Positions 18,663 to 27,239 of a stretch of DNA of 64,000 bases are shown piece after piece. The notes beneath the pieces were generated by a model, which had not been told where the DNA came from, did not search any database, and was given only the letters and a program-made list of their open reading frames with translations. The first letter of the stretch is position 1, and each line of letters opens with the position of its first letter. Both the position numbers and the translations under genes were made by a program. The DNA is from a bacterium (GTDB taxonomy: Bacteria; Patescibacteriota; Minisyncoccia; Phycocordibacterales; UBA2100). The stretch is from the NCBI GenBank assembly GCA_016789445.1, contig JAEUQT010000002.1, forward strand, positions 227,857-291,856. The letters are read 5' to 3'.

Positions 18663-19358
18663 TTACTGGGTAGAAACTTTCGCGGCAGCATCTGCTGCAG
18701 CTTCTGCCTGCATTGCTGCGACAGTCTTCTCGAGGATTTCAGCCTGCGTCTGTGCTGAGAATTTCGCCGAGGCGTTCGCTTCTGCCGTCATGTTCGGAAG
18801 AGAGGTGTGGACGGCGGTAGCGACGCGGGATTCGATCGCCGCCTTCTTCGCGCTTGCGAATGCATACCACGGGAATTTCGTCTCGATAGTGCCGTCGCTC
18901 GTCACCTGGGTGCGTGCATAGACCGTGATCGGAAGGATGCCGAAGAGGCGTGCCTTCTGCTTATGGCTGACCGCGACTTCGGTTTCAGAAAGAACGATAT
19001 CGCGGATATCGGCATGCGCCTTTACGACACCGCGAGCGTACGAGTTGAGGTCGGCTTCGGAATCGACTTCTGCTGTCGAGCTGATCGTTACCTGAGTTGC
19101 ATCGACATCAGATGCGGTGATCGTGATCGGTCCGACAGCGACACCGGTCTCAGGCTTTGCCTGCGCCTCGGTATCCGTTTCAGCAGTGACGGTGGCGTTG
19201 GATTCGAGGGTGGTGTAGGCACCTTCTTCCGTACCTGCCTCTGCTGAGACATCGACACCGGTATCGATCTTAAGAGCGAATGCCGGCTGTGCGGTTAAAC
19301 CAAGAAGAACAATAAGCGTTGCAATCTTGTGCATAGTTTCAATGAATGTTTTTAACAA
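18663..19358 (-). CDS. Secreted hypothetical protein (Ala/Thr/Glu-rich)
   Basis: Signal peptide IATLIVLLGLTAQPAFA (alternative start 19334). No known domain. Confidence 0.5.
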   Translation of the reverse strand: MLKTFIETMHKIATLIVLLGLTAQPAFALKIDTGVDVSAEAGTEEGAYTTLESNATVTAETDTEAQAKPETGVAVGPITITASDVDATQVTISSTAEVDSEADLNSYARGVVKAHADIRDIVLSETEVAVSHKQKARLFGILPITVYARTQVTSDGTIETKFPWYAFASAKKAAIESRVATAVHTSLPNMTAEANASAKFSAQTQAEILEKTVAAMQAEAAADAAAKVSTQ

Positions 19359-19512
19359 CTAATCATGAAAGAGCAGTTGAATGTGATCTTTACCCCGTTA
19401 GATCGCGAGCATACGCGTCTAATGGGGCAATGGCTCACGTATATGAAGACGTTCATGAATTGTGCCGCTTACTTGACGACATTAGATTATTGTTTCTTTA
19501 TTTCAGGAGCGT

Positions 19513-20403
19513 CTAATCGAAAATGCGGGCGAGGTAGGCGTTTATCTCGCGCTGATCGAGATCATAGAAATACATATTGTCGTAGTACAGGCGTGTTGCG
19601 AGGTCAACTCCGACGAACCGCCAGTGCCATGGCTCGAACTGGAAGAAGGAATTGCCCTCAGGATAGGAAAGCACGAAGCCGTATTCGTGCGCATGACGGA
19701 TGAGCCAGCTGTAGTGCGGTGTATCACGGAATGACGTGCTTAACGTCGTCGGATTCTCCGCCGTCGTGAAGTCCACGGTCGTGCCGAGCTGGTGTTCGGA
19801 ATACCCCTGATCAGCGGAGAATTTATTTGCGGTGCCCGCGCCGTAGGTGATCTTGTAACCTGATTTAAGAGAGCTCTGTGTGCCGAAGGAGCGATAGGAG
19901 GAGAGGATGCGAAGTGAAAAACCATCGCGCTCTGCGGCTGCCATCATCTTTTCGAGGAACGGGAATACACTGCCGTGGATCATCATATTGCTCCCCGACC
20001 GGGCGAGCATCTCCTCGTTAATCGGGACCAAGGGGTCCGGTATGAAATTCTCGCTCAAAAAATACACGGACGAATACTTCTGGAGTAGTTCACGATCGGT
20101 TTTCGACATCTTGTCGAGGAAATTGACGTTTGAAGCCAGTTCCTCTACTCGTTTGCCGAACGCGGCGTTTTCATCAGATGCTTTCCGTAAGAGTTCCTGC
20201 AGCTGGTCGCGCTCTTCCTCCACGCTACCCAATTTCTCCCGCAGTTCTGATACTGCTTTCCGGGAGACGGCGAGTTCTTCCCTTGTTGTTGAACCGCGGA
20301 CATATGAAATGCCTGCATACACCGGTGCTCCGATGAGGGCGCCAAGAACGAGACCTGCAGCGCCATATGTCCAGATAGGGTATTGCGTGAGGAGTTTATG
20401 CAC
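19513..20403 (-). CDS. D-alanyl-D-alanine carboxypeptidase, VanY/M15B family, with N-terminal TM and coiled coil
   Basis: SYRSFGTQ, SEHQLGTTVDF, HAHEYGFVLSYP, EPWHWRF match the VanY zinc-peptidase motifs. Confidence 0.8.
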   Translation of the reverse strand: MHKLLTQYPIWTYGAAGLVLGALIGAPVYAGISYVRGSTTREELAVSRKAVSELREKLGSVEEERDQLQELLRKASDENAAFGKRVEELASNVNFLDKMSKTDRELLQKYSSVYFLSENFIPDPLVPINEEMLARSGSNMMIHGSVFPFLEKMMAAAERDGFSLRILSSYRSFGTQSSLKSGYKITYGAGTANKFSADQGYSEHQLGTTVDFTTAENPTTLSTSFRDTPHYSWLIRHAHEYGFVLSYPEGNSFFQFEPWHWRFVGVDLATRLYYDNMYFYDLDQREINAYLARIFD

Positions 20404-20417
20404 GCGCGTATTGTACG

Positions 20418-21272
20418 TCAGATCCTTTCTGCTCGGAAATCATCGAACTCGACATCCATGAAGTCGGTGCGGATGCCGACGTGCCCTGTGCCGAGGATGG
20501 GGGATTGCGTGTCCGAGGCGCTCAGGATCGGTTGCCAGATATCCGCATCGTCCTTCATGGATAGGGTGATTTCAACGCCCCCGTCTCGGGTGATGACCTC
20601 GCTCTTGAGGGAGATCCACTCGTTGTGCGGGATGAGGTTCTTCTCTACGTAAGGACCAGCATACATGGGCAGTTCGGCAAGTGTCGTATAGATCCCATTC
20701 CGTTTCTTCTTGATGATCGCGTGGCCGTCGACACGCACGCCCGCATAGTAGAGATTGTCCCCATCGTGGTAGCGGGACATGAGAAGCAACCCGTTTGATT
20801 CGTTGCGGTTGCGACTCGATGATTCGTTGTCAGTAATGATACGGAACCGCGCCGAAACGGAAACGTCTTCCCATTCGCGTTGCGTAAGAAGCCGGAAGAG
20901 ATTCTGCGGATGACGGCCGCTATCGGTATCTTCGGCGCTTGATGCGGCATAGCGCTCCCGCCATGCATCCTCTCGCGGCAAAGTTCTTTGGATGGTTTTT
21001 CCGACCCCCTCTTCGATGAGTAACCGGCCTCCGGAATCCAGCCACCAATAGTCGCTCCCGCTCGTGGAGAAATCCGACGATTCCTCGAGCGTGCCATCGA
21101 TATGGAACGAATAGGTAAAGGGCTCATCACGGATCGGATGGTTGTCCTGCACGAACGCGACCCGCGCCATGAGTGCGAATGCGATGACGCCGATCAGCAT
21201 GAAAAAGAGTGAACGAGGAAGCGTCCTGCGTGAATAGAGCGCCGCGCCGTGCATCACGTCACGATATATCAA
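20418..21272 (-). CDS. Secreted/membrane-anchored jelly-roll protein, DUF1080/LamG-like (paralogue A)
   Basis: YWWLDSGGRL, PQNLFRLLTQREW, NLYYAGVRVDGHAIIKKK, GHVGIRTDFMDVEFDDF. Shared with 21440-22303. Confidence 0.5.
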   Translation of the reverse strand: MIYRDVMHGAALYSRRTLPRSLFFMLIGVIAFALMARVAFVQDNHPIRDEPFTYSFHIDGTLEESSDFSTSGSDYWWLDSGGRLLIEEGVGKTIQRTLPREDAWRERYAASSAEDTDSGRHPQNLFRLLTQREWEDVSVSARFRIITDNESSSRNRNESNGLLLMSRYHDGDNLYYAGVRVDGHAIIKKKRNGIYTTLAELPMYAGPYVEKNLIPHNEWISLKSEVITRDGGVEITLSMKDDADIWQPILSASDTQSPILGTGHVGIRTDFMDVEFDDFRAERI

Positions 21273-21439
21273 TATGATAAACGCATCATGAACATACGTA
21301 TTTAAGCCATCTCTATGCTCGCGCTTTCATGAAAAACGCATCATGCAACGAGAATCAATTGTCTGTAGTAGTCGGGTAATTAGAATTCCCGAAGAGTCAG
21401 CCGCATAGGTACTCGCAACTACCAACTAAGATTCACTAC

Positions 21440-22303
21440 ATGGAGCAACGGGAAGCGGTCATGTCGCTCGACATGCATCGCACAGCAGCATTATTCATAG
21501 CATTGGCCGTCATCACGGTCTTCATGCCGACTTCATCACATGCGGTTTCTGCCGCGAATGTCACATCGCCGTTCCGGTATACCTTCAATCAGTCTGGCAC
21601 CTTGATGGAGGCAGGAAGCATGGGGGATAGTTCAAGCCCGTATTTCTGGGTCAACTCCGGAGGGAAGATGGAAATCAATAACGGACTCGGCATGACCGTG
21701 CAAGGAGGGCTTCCGGTCGTGGATGCTACTCGGCAACTGTACGCGAAAATGAATTCGCTCGATACCGCGAACGGCACGATGCCACAGAACACGTTCAGGC
21801 TCGTCACGCGCAGTCAGTGGGGGAGTGCGCAGGAAAGCGTGAAATTCAGGATCACCAAGACCAATCTCACCGACACGCCGAACCGCGACGGGTACAGCGG
21901 GATCTTCCTCTTCGGGCGCTACAAGGATCAGTACAATCTCTATTACGCAGGCATCCGACAAGATGGCGAGGCGGTCATCAAGAAGAAGATCGGCGGTACG
22001 TATCATACGCTCGGTGAGAAGCAGGTATTCGGCAGCCAGGCCGACTACGATCGATGGAGTAATCCGAATCTTATGCCGGCGAATACATGGATGGGGATCC
22101 GCGCGAAATACGAGAATCTTGCGGACGGCTCGGTGCGTATCCAGCTCTATCTCGACAAGAACAATACCGGGAACTTCACGCAGATCCTCTCGGTGATCGA
22201 TAGCGGTACCGGCGGTGCGCCGTTCACCAACAAGGGCTATGCAGGTATCAGGACGGATTACATGGATGTCCAGTTCGAGGATTTCGATCTCCGGAATCTC
22301 TAA
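21440..22303 (+). CDS. Secreted jelly-roll protein, DUF1080/LamG-like (paralogue B, divergently transcribed)
   Basis: YFWVNSGGKM, PQNTFRLVTRSQW, NLYYAGIRQDGEAVIKKK, GYAGIRTDYMDVQFEDF. Confidence 0.5.
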   Translation: MEQREAVMSLDMHRTAALFIALAVITVFMPTSSHAVSAANVTSPFRYTFNQSGTLMEAGSMGDSSSPYFWVNSGGKMEINNGLGMTVQGGLPVVDATRQLYAKMNSLDTANGTMPQNTFRLVTRSQWGSAQESVKFRITKTNLTDTPNRDGYSGIFLFGRYKDQYNLYYAGIRQDGEAVIKKKIGGTYHTLGEKQVFGSQADYDRWSNPNLMPANTWMGIRAKYENLADGSVRIQLYLDKNNTGNFTQILSVIDSGTGGAPFTNKGYAGIRTDYMDVQFEDFDLRNL

Positions 22304-23928
22304 TCGGTGACCGGGCGCACGAGTACCGACGAGACTTGTACGCGCGCCGTTCCTGGTTGCGGATCCCAGATCTGCAGACCTACGCCTCCCGAGAAGGTGC
22401 GCGAATAATCCTCCAGGATCGATGCGAAATCCCACGTACATTCGATGACGGCGCCATGCACCCGAATCCCGGGACGCACGTTCTCGCCGTAGCTGATGCG
22501 GGTATCGTGTTTTTCCTTGAGCGTGGTCGTTTCGCCGTTAACCGTCTGCTGCAGCCGCACGACTCCTTCTGAGAAGGCGCATGAATGGTAGGTCTTCGAG
22601 TCGACGACGTCGGCAAGAACAGAGACATGGCTGCCGTTCCAGTTCATCGCGGCTTTGAAGGAGTAATTGTCCCAGAGCGCTGATCCATCGAGGAAGGTCG
22701 ATGCGCTCGTGATGCTTTGAGCAGCCGCGAGCTGAAGGTTGTTGCGTCCCATCTCGAGCGATCCCCATGCCGGTAACCAGCCGCGGCTCTCTGAGAAATC
22801 GTCCTCATACGGTAATTCCTTGGCGCGGCCGTTCTCCATGATGGAAAGAAGCCGTGCGCCGTCCCAGTCGTAATCGACGTGGATGCGATGTATGAGGAAA
22901 TCAGCGCTCAGGCGTTCGTTGGTGAAGGGGAATGCGGATGAGAACGTCGCGGTCGTCGTACGAGGGAAGTTGAACGTATATGTCTGGTTATTCGTCTGCA
23001 CGAACCCCCATTCGTAGAGGGAGCGCGCGGTATCTTCGGTAACGGATGCTCCTTCAGGGAAATTGTTCGCTCCGCGGATGCCGGTTTCATTTCCGAGCGG
23101 GAACGCGAAGGTGTCGATCGGCACGTTATAGGTGTTCTCCAGTGTTGTGCGTGCGTTGGTGAGATCGTCCCGCACACGTGCGGTGAATTCCTCGGGCGTC
23201 TCGATGCGGGCGGCATCCTTGTCCCAGATCCGGTCGGCAAAGAATATCCCATCACCGCCGCGCGCATCGGTCGGATACGAGCGGTGTCCGTCATATGAGT
23301 GTGATCCGATCGCCCATCGTCCGGTCTTCAGCATCCAGCGGATTTCTTCCGGAGAGAGGTAGTACGTACTCTCGGGTGTGTACGATGACTGCACGATGAT
23401 ATAGATCGCGGCGTTGTATCCGAGGGATTTGAGGATGGGATCTACGGGATAGAAGCTCTGCTTTGCGCCATCGTCGAAGGTGAGGAGGAACGACTTTTCA
23501 GGCAACTCCTTCTCGCCGCGCATGAACGCTTCGAAATCCTGCAGGCTCACCGCCTGCCAACCGGCATCCTTGAGTGTCGTCATCTGGTCGCGGAAACGCG
23601 AAACCGTGATGTTGTTCACATCATTCGCGTCGTCGACTACGCGGTGGTAGGTGAGTACGGGAATCGAAGAGGCGCTGCGTCCCGAGGCCTGCTCTTCGTG
23701 GGTGTCGAAACCGAAGGCTCCCGCCGCGCCTGCAAAGAGGCGGTTTTTCGCGACACCGGCCATAAGGGATTCAAGCGCGTACTTCGAGCCGACGTTGATG
23801 GTGTAGAAGAAGGGTGTCGTACCGAAGAGATCCATCTTTGCCGCGTAGGTCGAATACACGAACAGGAACAAGACCGCGACGATGCTTATGACGGTGGCTA
23901 CTTTTCGTGCCGAGAGATCCAGGTACAT
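22300..23928 (-). CDS. Polysaccharide deacetylase (CE4/NodB domain) with a C-terminal jelly-roll domain
   Basis: LTFDDGAKQS (motif 1), IGSHSYDGH (His motif). C-terminal GGVGLQIWD...VQVSSVLV resembles the tail of the neighbouring DUF1080-like proteins. Confidence 0.75.
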   Translation of the reverse strand: MYLDLSARKVATVISIVAVLFLFVYSTYAAKMDLFGTTPFFYTINVGSKYALESLMAGVAKNRLFAGAAGAFGFDTHEEQASGRSASSIPVLTYHRVVDDANDVNNITVSRFRDQMTTLKDAGWQAVSLQDFEAFMRGEKELPEKSFLLTFDDGAKQSFYPVDPILKSLGYNAAIYIIVQSSYTPESTYYLSPEEIRWMLKTGRWAIGSHSYDGHRSYPTDARGGDGIFFADRIWDKDAARIETPEEFTARVRDDLTNARTTLENTYNVPIDTFAFPLGNETGIRGANNFPEGASVTEDTARSLYEWGFVQTNNQTYTFNFPRTTTATFSSAFPFTNERLSADFLIHRIHVDYDWDGARLLSIMENGRAKELPYEDDFSESRGWLPAWGSLEMGRNNLQLAAAQSITSASTFLDGSALWDNYSFKAAMNWNGSHVSVLADVVDSKTYHSCAFSEGVVRLQQTVNGETTTLKEKHDTRISYGENVRPGIRVHGAVIECTWDFASILEDYSRTFSGGVGLQIWDPQPGTARVQVSSVLVRPVTD

Positions 23929-23931
23929 AGG

Positions 23932-25350
23932 TTATCGGGTGCCCCAGCGTGAGTCGCGGAGCGTAAGTGCTGCCCACGGCAGCTGCCACATGAGGACTAC
24001 GGAATTGAACCAGAAGCTGCAGATGGCGAGGAACCACTTGCGCTTACCGACTTGGAGGCGATAGAAGACGCCGTGGAGTATGAGCATGAGGAAGAGCCCG
24101 ATGAGATAGACCACCGGCCACTGGCGCTCCGCGATGGGATACCACGCGAGAGCCCTGAAGAAGACGACCGGGGAAGCGAACGCGAGGAACACGTAGGAAT
24201 AGAACGAGATCGCCGCGATCGGATTCTTCTTCCACATGAAGGTCGAGGCGATGAAGGTCTCGCGTATCCATGATTTCTTCCAGCGCTGCTGCTGTTTTAC
24301 GTATTTACCGAAGGTCTCGGGCACGACCGTGTAGGCCTTCGCCTCATCGGAGTAGACGGCACGGTATTTGCGGATCATGAAATTCGTCAGCGAGCGATCG
24401 TCGCCGAAGGTGCATTCGGCTCCGAGGAATTTCTGATGACGCCACTCATCGATGAATTCCATGAGGTACGAGCGTCGATAGGCGCTGCAACAGCCCGGAC
24501 AGCAGGTGACGGTGCCGAAGACGCTTTCCGCCGCTTTATAGACCTTGAATGAGATGTAGTAGCGGATCGCCTGCATCTGCGTAAGGAGATTCGTGTCCTG
24601 GTTGTAGACATCGGTGTGTCCCGAAACCGCACCGACTTCGGGATCGGCGAAATATTTCACGAGATGCGTGATGGCGTCCGGTTCGACGAAGCTGTCCGAA
24701 TCGATGAATACGACGATGTCATGCGAGGCTTTCTGGGCACCCGCGGCCATGCCGGCACGCTTGCCTTGGTTGTGATCCCATTCGACGATCTCAACCCGTC
24801 CGACACGATCACAGATCTCATCGGCAGCCTGCCACATCTCCGGAAGCGTCGCGTCGGTCGAGCCGTCGTTGATGAGGATGACTTCAAGCTTCTCGCGGGG
24901 GTAGTTGATCATGCCGAACCGGCGGATGGTTTCGGCGATATTTTCTTCCTCGTTTTTTGCCGGTACGACGAAGGTGACCGATGGTTGATAGGTGAGGTCC
25001 GCCGCTACGGGTTTCTTGAAGTACGCGAAGATGAATCGGGAAAGGATGTAACTCGTGATGAGGATGCTGTAGAAGCCGAAGAATAGGTGGTCGTAGAACG
25101 AGTGGAAGGTGATCACTTTCAGGAGAAGGATGACGTAGATGGATGCGAAGAAGAGGAACCACGGACCAAGATCGCCGGTGAGCTTTTGCCAGCGCGTGCG
25201 TGGTGCTATCGCTGCGGGCAGGGGTGCGGGGGTTCCTTTGCGCATCTCAGGAATCGTTACCTGATGCACGGGAGAAATGGCTACCGATGGCGGCGTGGAA
25301 GCAATACGTCGCAGGCCTTGCGCGTGTAATGTCGGCGTCCCCAGATTCAT
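23932..25350 (-). CDS. Processive family-2 glycosyltransferase (PgaC/IcaA/NodC/HasA-like)
   Basis: NDGSTD, DSDS, GxxxCCPG, QQQRWKKSW (QxxRW) and C-terminal TM helices. Confidence 0.85.
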   Translation of the reverse strand: MNLGTPTLHAQGLRRIASTPPSVAISPVHQVTIPEMRKGTPAPLPAAIAPRTRWQKLTGDLGPWFLFFASIYVILLLKVITFHSFYDHLFFGFYSILITSYILSRFIFAYFKKPVAADLTYQPSVTFVVPAKNEEENIAETIRRFGMINYPREKLEVILINDGSTDATLPEMWQAADEICDRVGRVEIVEWDHNQGKRAGMAAGAQKASHDIVVFIDSDSFVEPDAITHLVKYFADPEVGAVSGHTDVYNQDTNLLTQMQAIRYYISFKVYKAAESVFGTVTCCPGCCSAYRRSYLMEFIDEWRHQKFLGAECTFGDDRSLTNFMIRKYRAVYSDEAKAYTVVPETFGKYVKQQQRWKKSWIRETFIASTFMWKKNPIAAISFYSYVFLAFASPVVFFRALAWYPIAERQWPVVYLIGLFLMLILHGVFYRLQVGKRKWFLAICSFWFNSVVLMWQLPWAALTLRDSRWGTR

Positions 25351-26699
25351 AGCGTTGCGCGTCCGATGCCGGAGTAGTGCACGCCGCTTTCGAGGAAATC
25401 TTCTTTTCGCAGGCAGTTGCGTCCATCGATGACGATGCCGACGCCGCTGCGCATGAAGTGGAACGGGGTGAGCGTGCGGAATTCGCTGTGATCGGTCGCG
25501 ATGAGCGCCGCATCGGCATCCTGTAAGGCTTCTTCCAGCGAATCAACGGTGGAATGCTCGGGGACATGCGGGTCGTAGATACGGACGACCGCCCCGCGTT
25601 TCTCGAGGATGTCGCGGATGGCTTCAGCAGGGCTCTCACGCATGTCCGGCACATCGCGTTTGTACGCCACACCGAGGAGGGCGACGGTCGAGCGGGAAAG
25701 CTGCTTACGCTTCCGACGCAGGGCCTTCGAGAGCATGCTGACCGTGTAATGCGGCATGCGGTTGTTGATCGAGCGTGCCGTGATGAGGAATCGATGCATG
25801 AAGCCGTTCTTCTCTCCGTAACGGATGAGATAGTACGGGTCTACCGGAATGCAGTGGCCGCCGACGCCGGCACCCGGGAAGTGGGGCATGAACGCGAAGG
25901 GTTTCGTGGAAGCACCGCGGATGACATTGACGAGATCGATGCCCGCGCGGTCGAACGCCATCGCGAGCTCGTTCACGAACGCGATATTGATGTCGCGGAA
26001 TGCATTCTCAACCATCTTCACGGCCTCGGCCTCCTTGAGGGTGTTCAGCGGCAGTATCTGAGCATCGACGAGCTGCTCATAGAGCGCTTGCGCTTTCTCA
26101 AGCGATGCGGGACCTGCGCCGCCGATGACGCGCGGAATGCTGCCGACCGCCCACTTCGAATCTCCGGGATTGATGCGTTCCGGGCAGTGCGCGAGGTAGA
26201 AGTCACGCTCGACCTTGAGACCGCTCTTTTCCAATATCGGAAGGACGACTTCTTCGCATGCGCCGGGGTTCACGGTCGATTCGACGATGACGAGATTCCC
26301 GCGGCGGAGGGCTTTCGAGACGATATGTGATGCACCTTCCAGCGGAGCAAGATCCGGTTCATATCCGTTCACCGGTGTCGGTACGCAGATGATGAATACA
26401 TCTGCTTCCTTGAGCTTCGATTCACTCATGGTCGCGGTGAGTATCTTCGTGCGTGCGAGCTCTGCTTGTTCCTCGGGGGTGATATACGCGACATCGCCGC
26501 TGCGGATGGATTCTATCTTCCGGGTATCGATATCAAACCCGATGACCGGGAATTCACGTGTTGCGGCACGGATGGCGAGTGGCAAGCCGACATACCCGAG
26601 GCCGATGACGGCGATGGTAGTGGTCTCATGCGAGGAAGGGGATGCTACGGATGTCCGATCTTCAGTATGCGGAATCGGTTCGAGGGTCTTTTGTATCAT
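25347..26699 (-). CDS. Nucleotide-sugar dehydrogenase (UDP-ManNAc/UDP-GlcNAc 6-dehydrogenase family)
   Basis: N-terminal Rossmann IAVIGLGYVGLPLA. Catalytic Cys region GGHCIPVDP. Dimerisation and C-terminal domains present. Confidence 0.85.
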   Translation of the reverse strand: MIQKTLEPIPHTEDRTSVASPSSHETTTIAVIGLGYVGLPLAIRAATREFPVIGFDIDTRKIESIRSGDVAYITPEEQAELARTKILTATMSESKLKEADVFIICVPTPVNGYEPDLAPLEGASHIVSKALRRGNLVIVESTVNPGACEEVVLPILEKSGLKVERDFYLAHCPERINPGDSKWAVGSIPRVIGGAGPASLEKAQALYEQLVDAQILPLNTLKEAEAVKMVENAFRDINIAFVNELAMAFDRAGIDLVNVIRGASTKPFAFMPHFPGAGVGGHCIPVDPYYLIRYGEKNGFMHRFLITARSINNRMPHYTVSMLSKALRRKRKQLSRSTVALLGVAYKRDVPDMRESPAEAIRDILEKRGAVVRIYDPHVPEHSTVDSLEEALQDADAALIATDHSEFRTLTPFHFMRSGVGIVIDGRNCLRKEDFLESGVHYSGIGRATL

Positions 26700-26844
26700 G
26701 GTAGTGCGCGCACATATGCGGAGAAATGAGCTTGTAATACAAGCTGCCCGTTACTCGTGATGACGATCACGACGCACATCAATTACTTCATGAGTGCTGT
26801 GTGAGATTTCGGGTTACGAGCTGGATGCCGGCGCAGCTGGCGGC

Positions 26845-26937
26845 GAAAGGGGTCGGGAAAACTGTAGTTTTCCCGTGTCGGAGAGCAGGTCGGCGAGCGA
26901 AGCGTAGTCGACCGTTGAGAACCGAGGGTTCTCAAGG
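26845..26937 (+). ncRNA. Unclassified three-hairpin RNA-like element, copy A (recurs at 63784-63866)
   Basis: H1 cgggaaaac-tgta-gttttcccg. H2 ggtcg...cgacc. H3 ttgagaa-ccgaggg-ttctcaa. Compensatory changes relative to copy B. Lies in a 540-bp non-coding, highly self-complementary region. Confidence 0.45.
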
Positions 26938-27239
26938 AGGGGTGTGCAACAACCCCGACGCGCCGGGAGGGCCGTCGCACTCGTGCGTACAGCCCTCCCG
27001 GCTCATTCCCTCACATTCAGGGATGTCTCTCCCTCAGACTCCATATCCCTATTCATTACCGAAGTTTTGCTTCGTGCATTTCTAACTTTGCAGCTTGTTA
27101 TGGACCGCGCTCAGGCGGGCCGTCTACCCGCACGCCCAAGCCCAGATAGGCGCGGGCGCGCGGGTAAAGAACCAAACTACGATCATGCTATCGAGGAGCG
27201 ATGAATTGAACATGAAAGATTTCGGATTTCCTTCATATT

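Noticed and set aside
19365-19703. 112-aa plus-strand ORF overlapping the VanY gene
   Set aside because: It mostly overlaps the well-supported VanY CDS on the opposite strand. The composition is Arg-rich and atypical, and the remaining part lies in an AT-rich promoter region.
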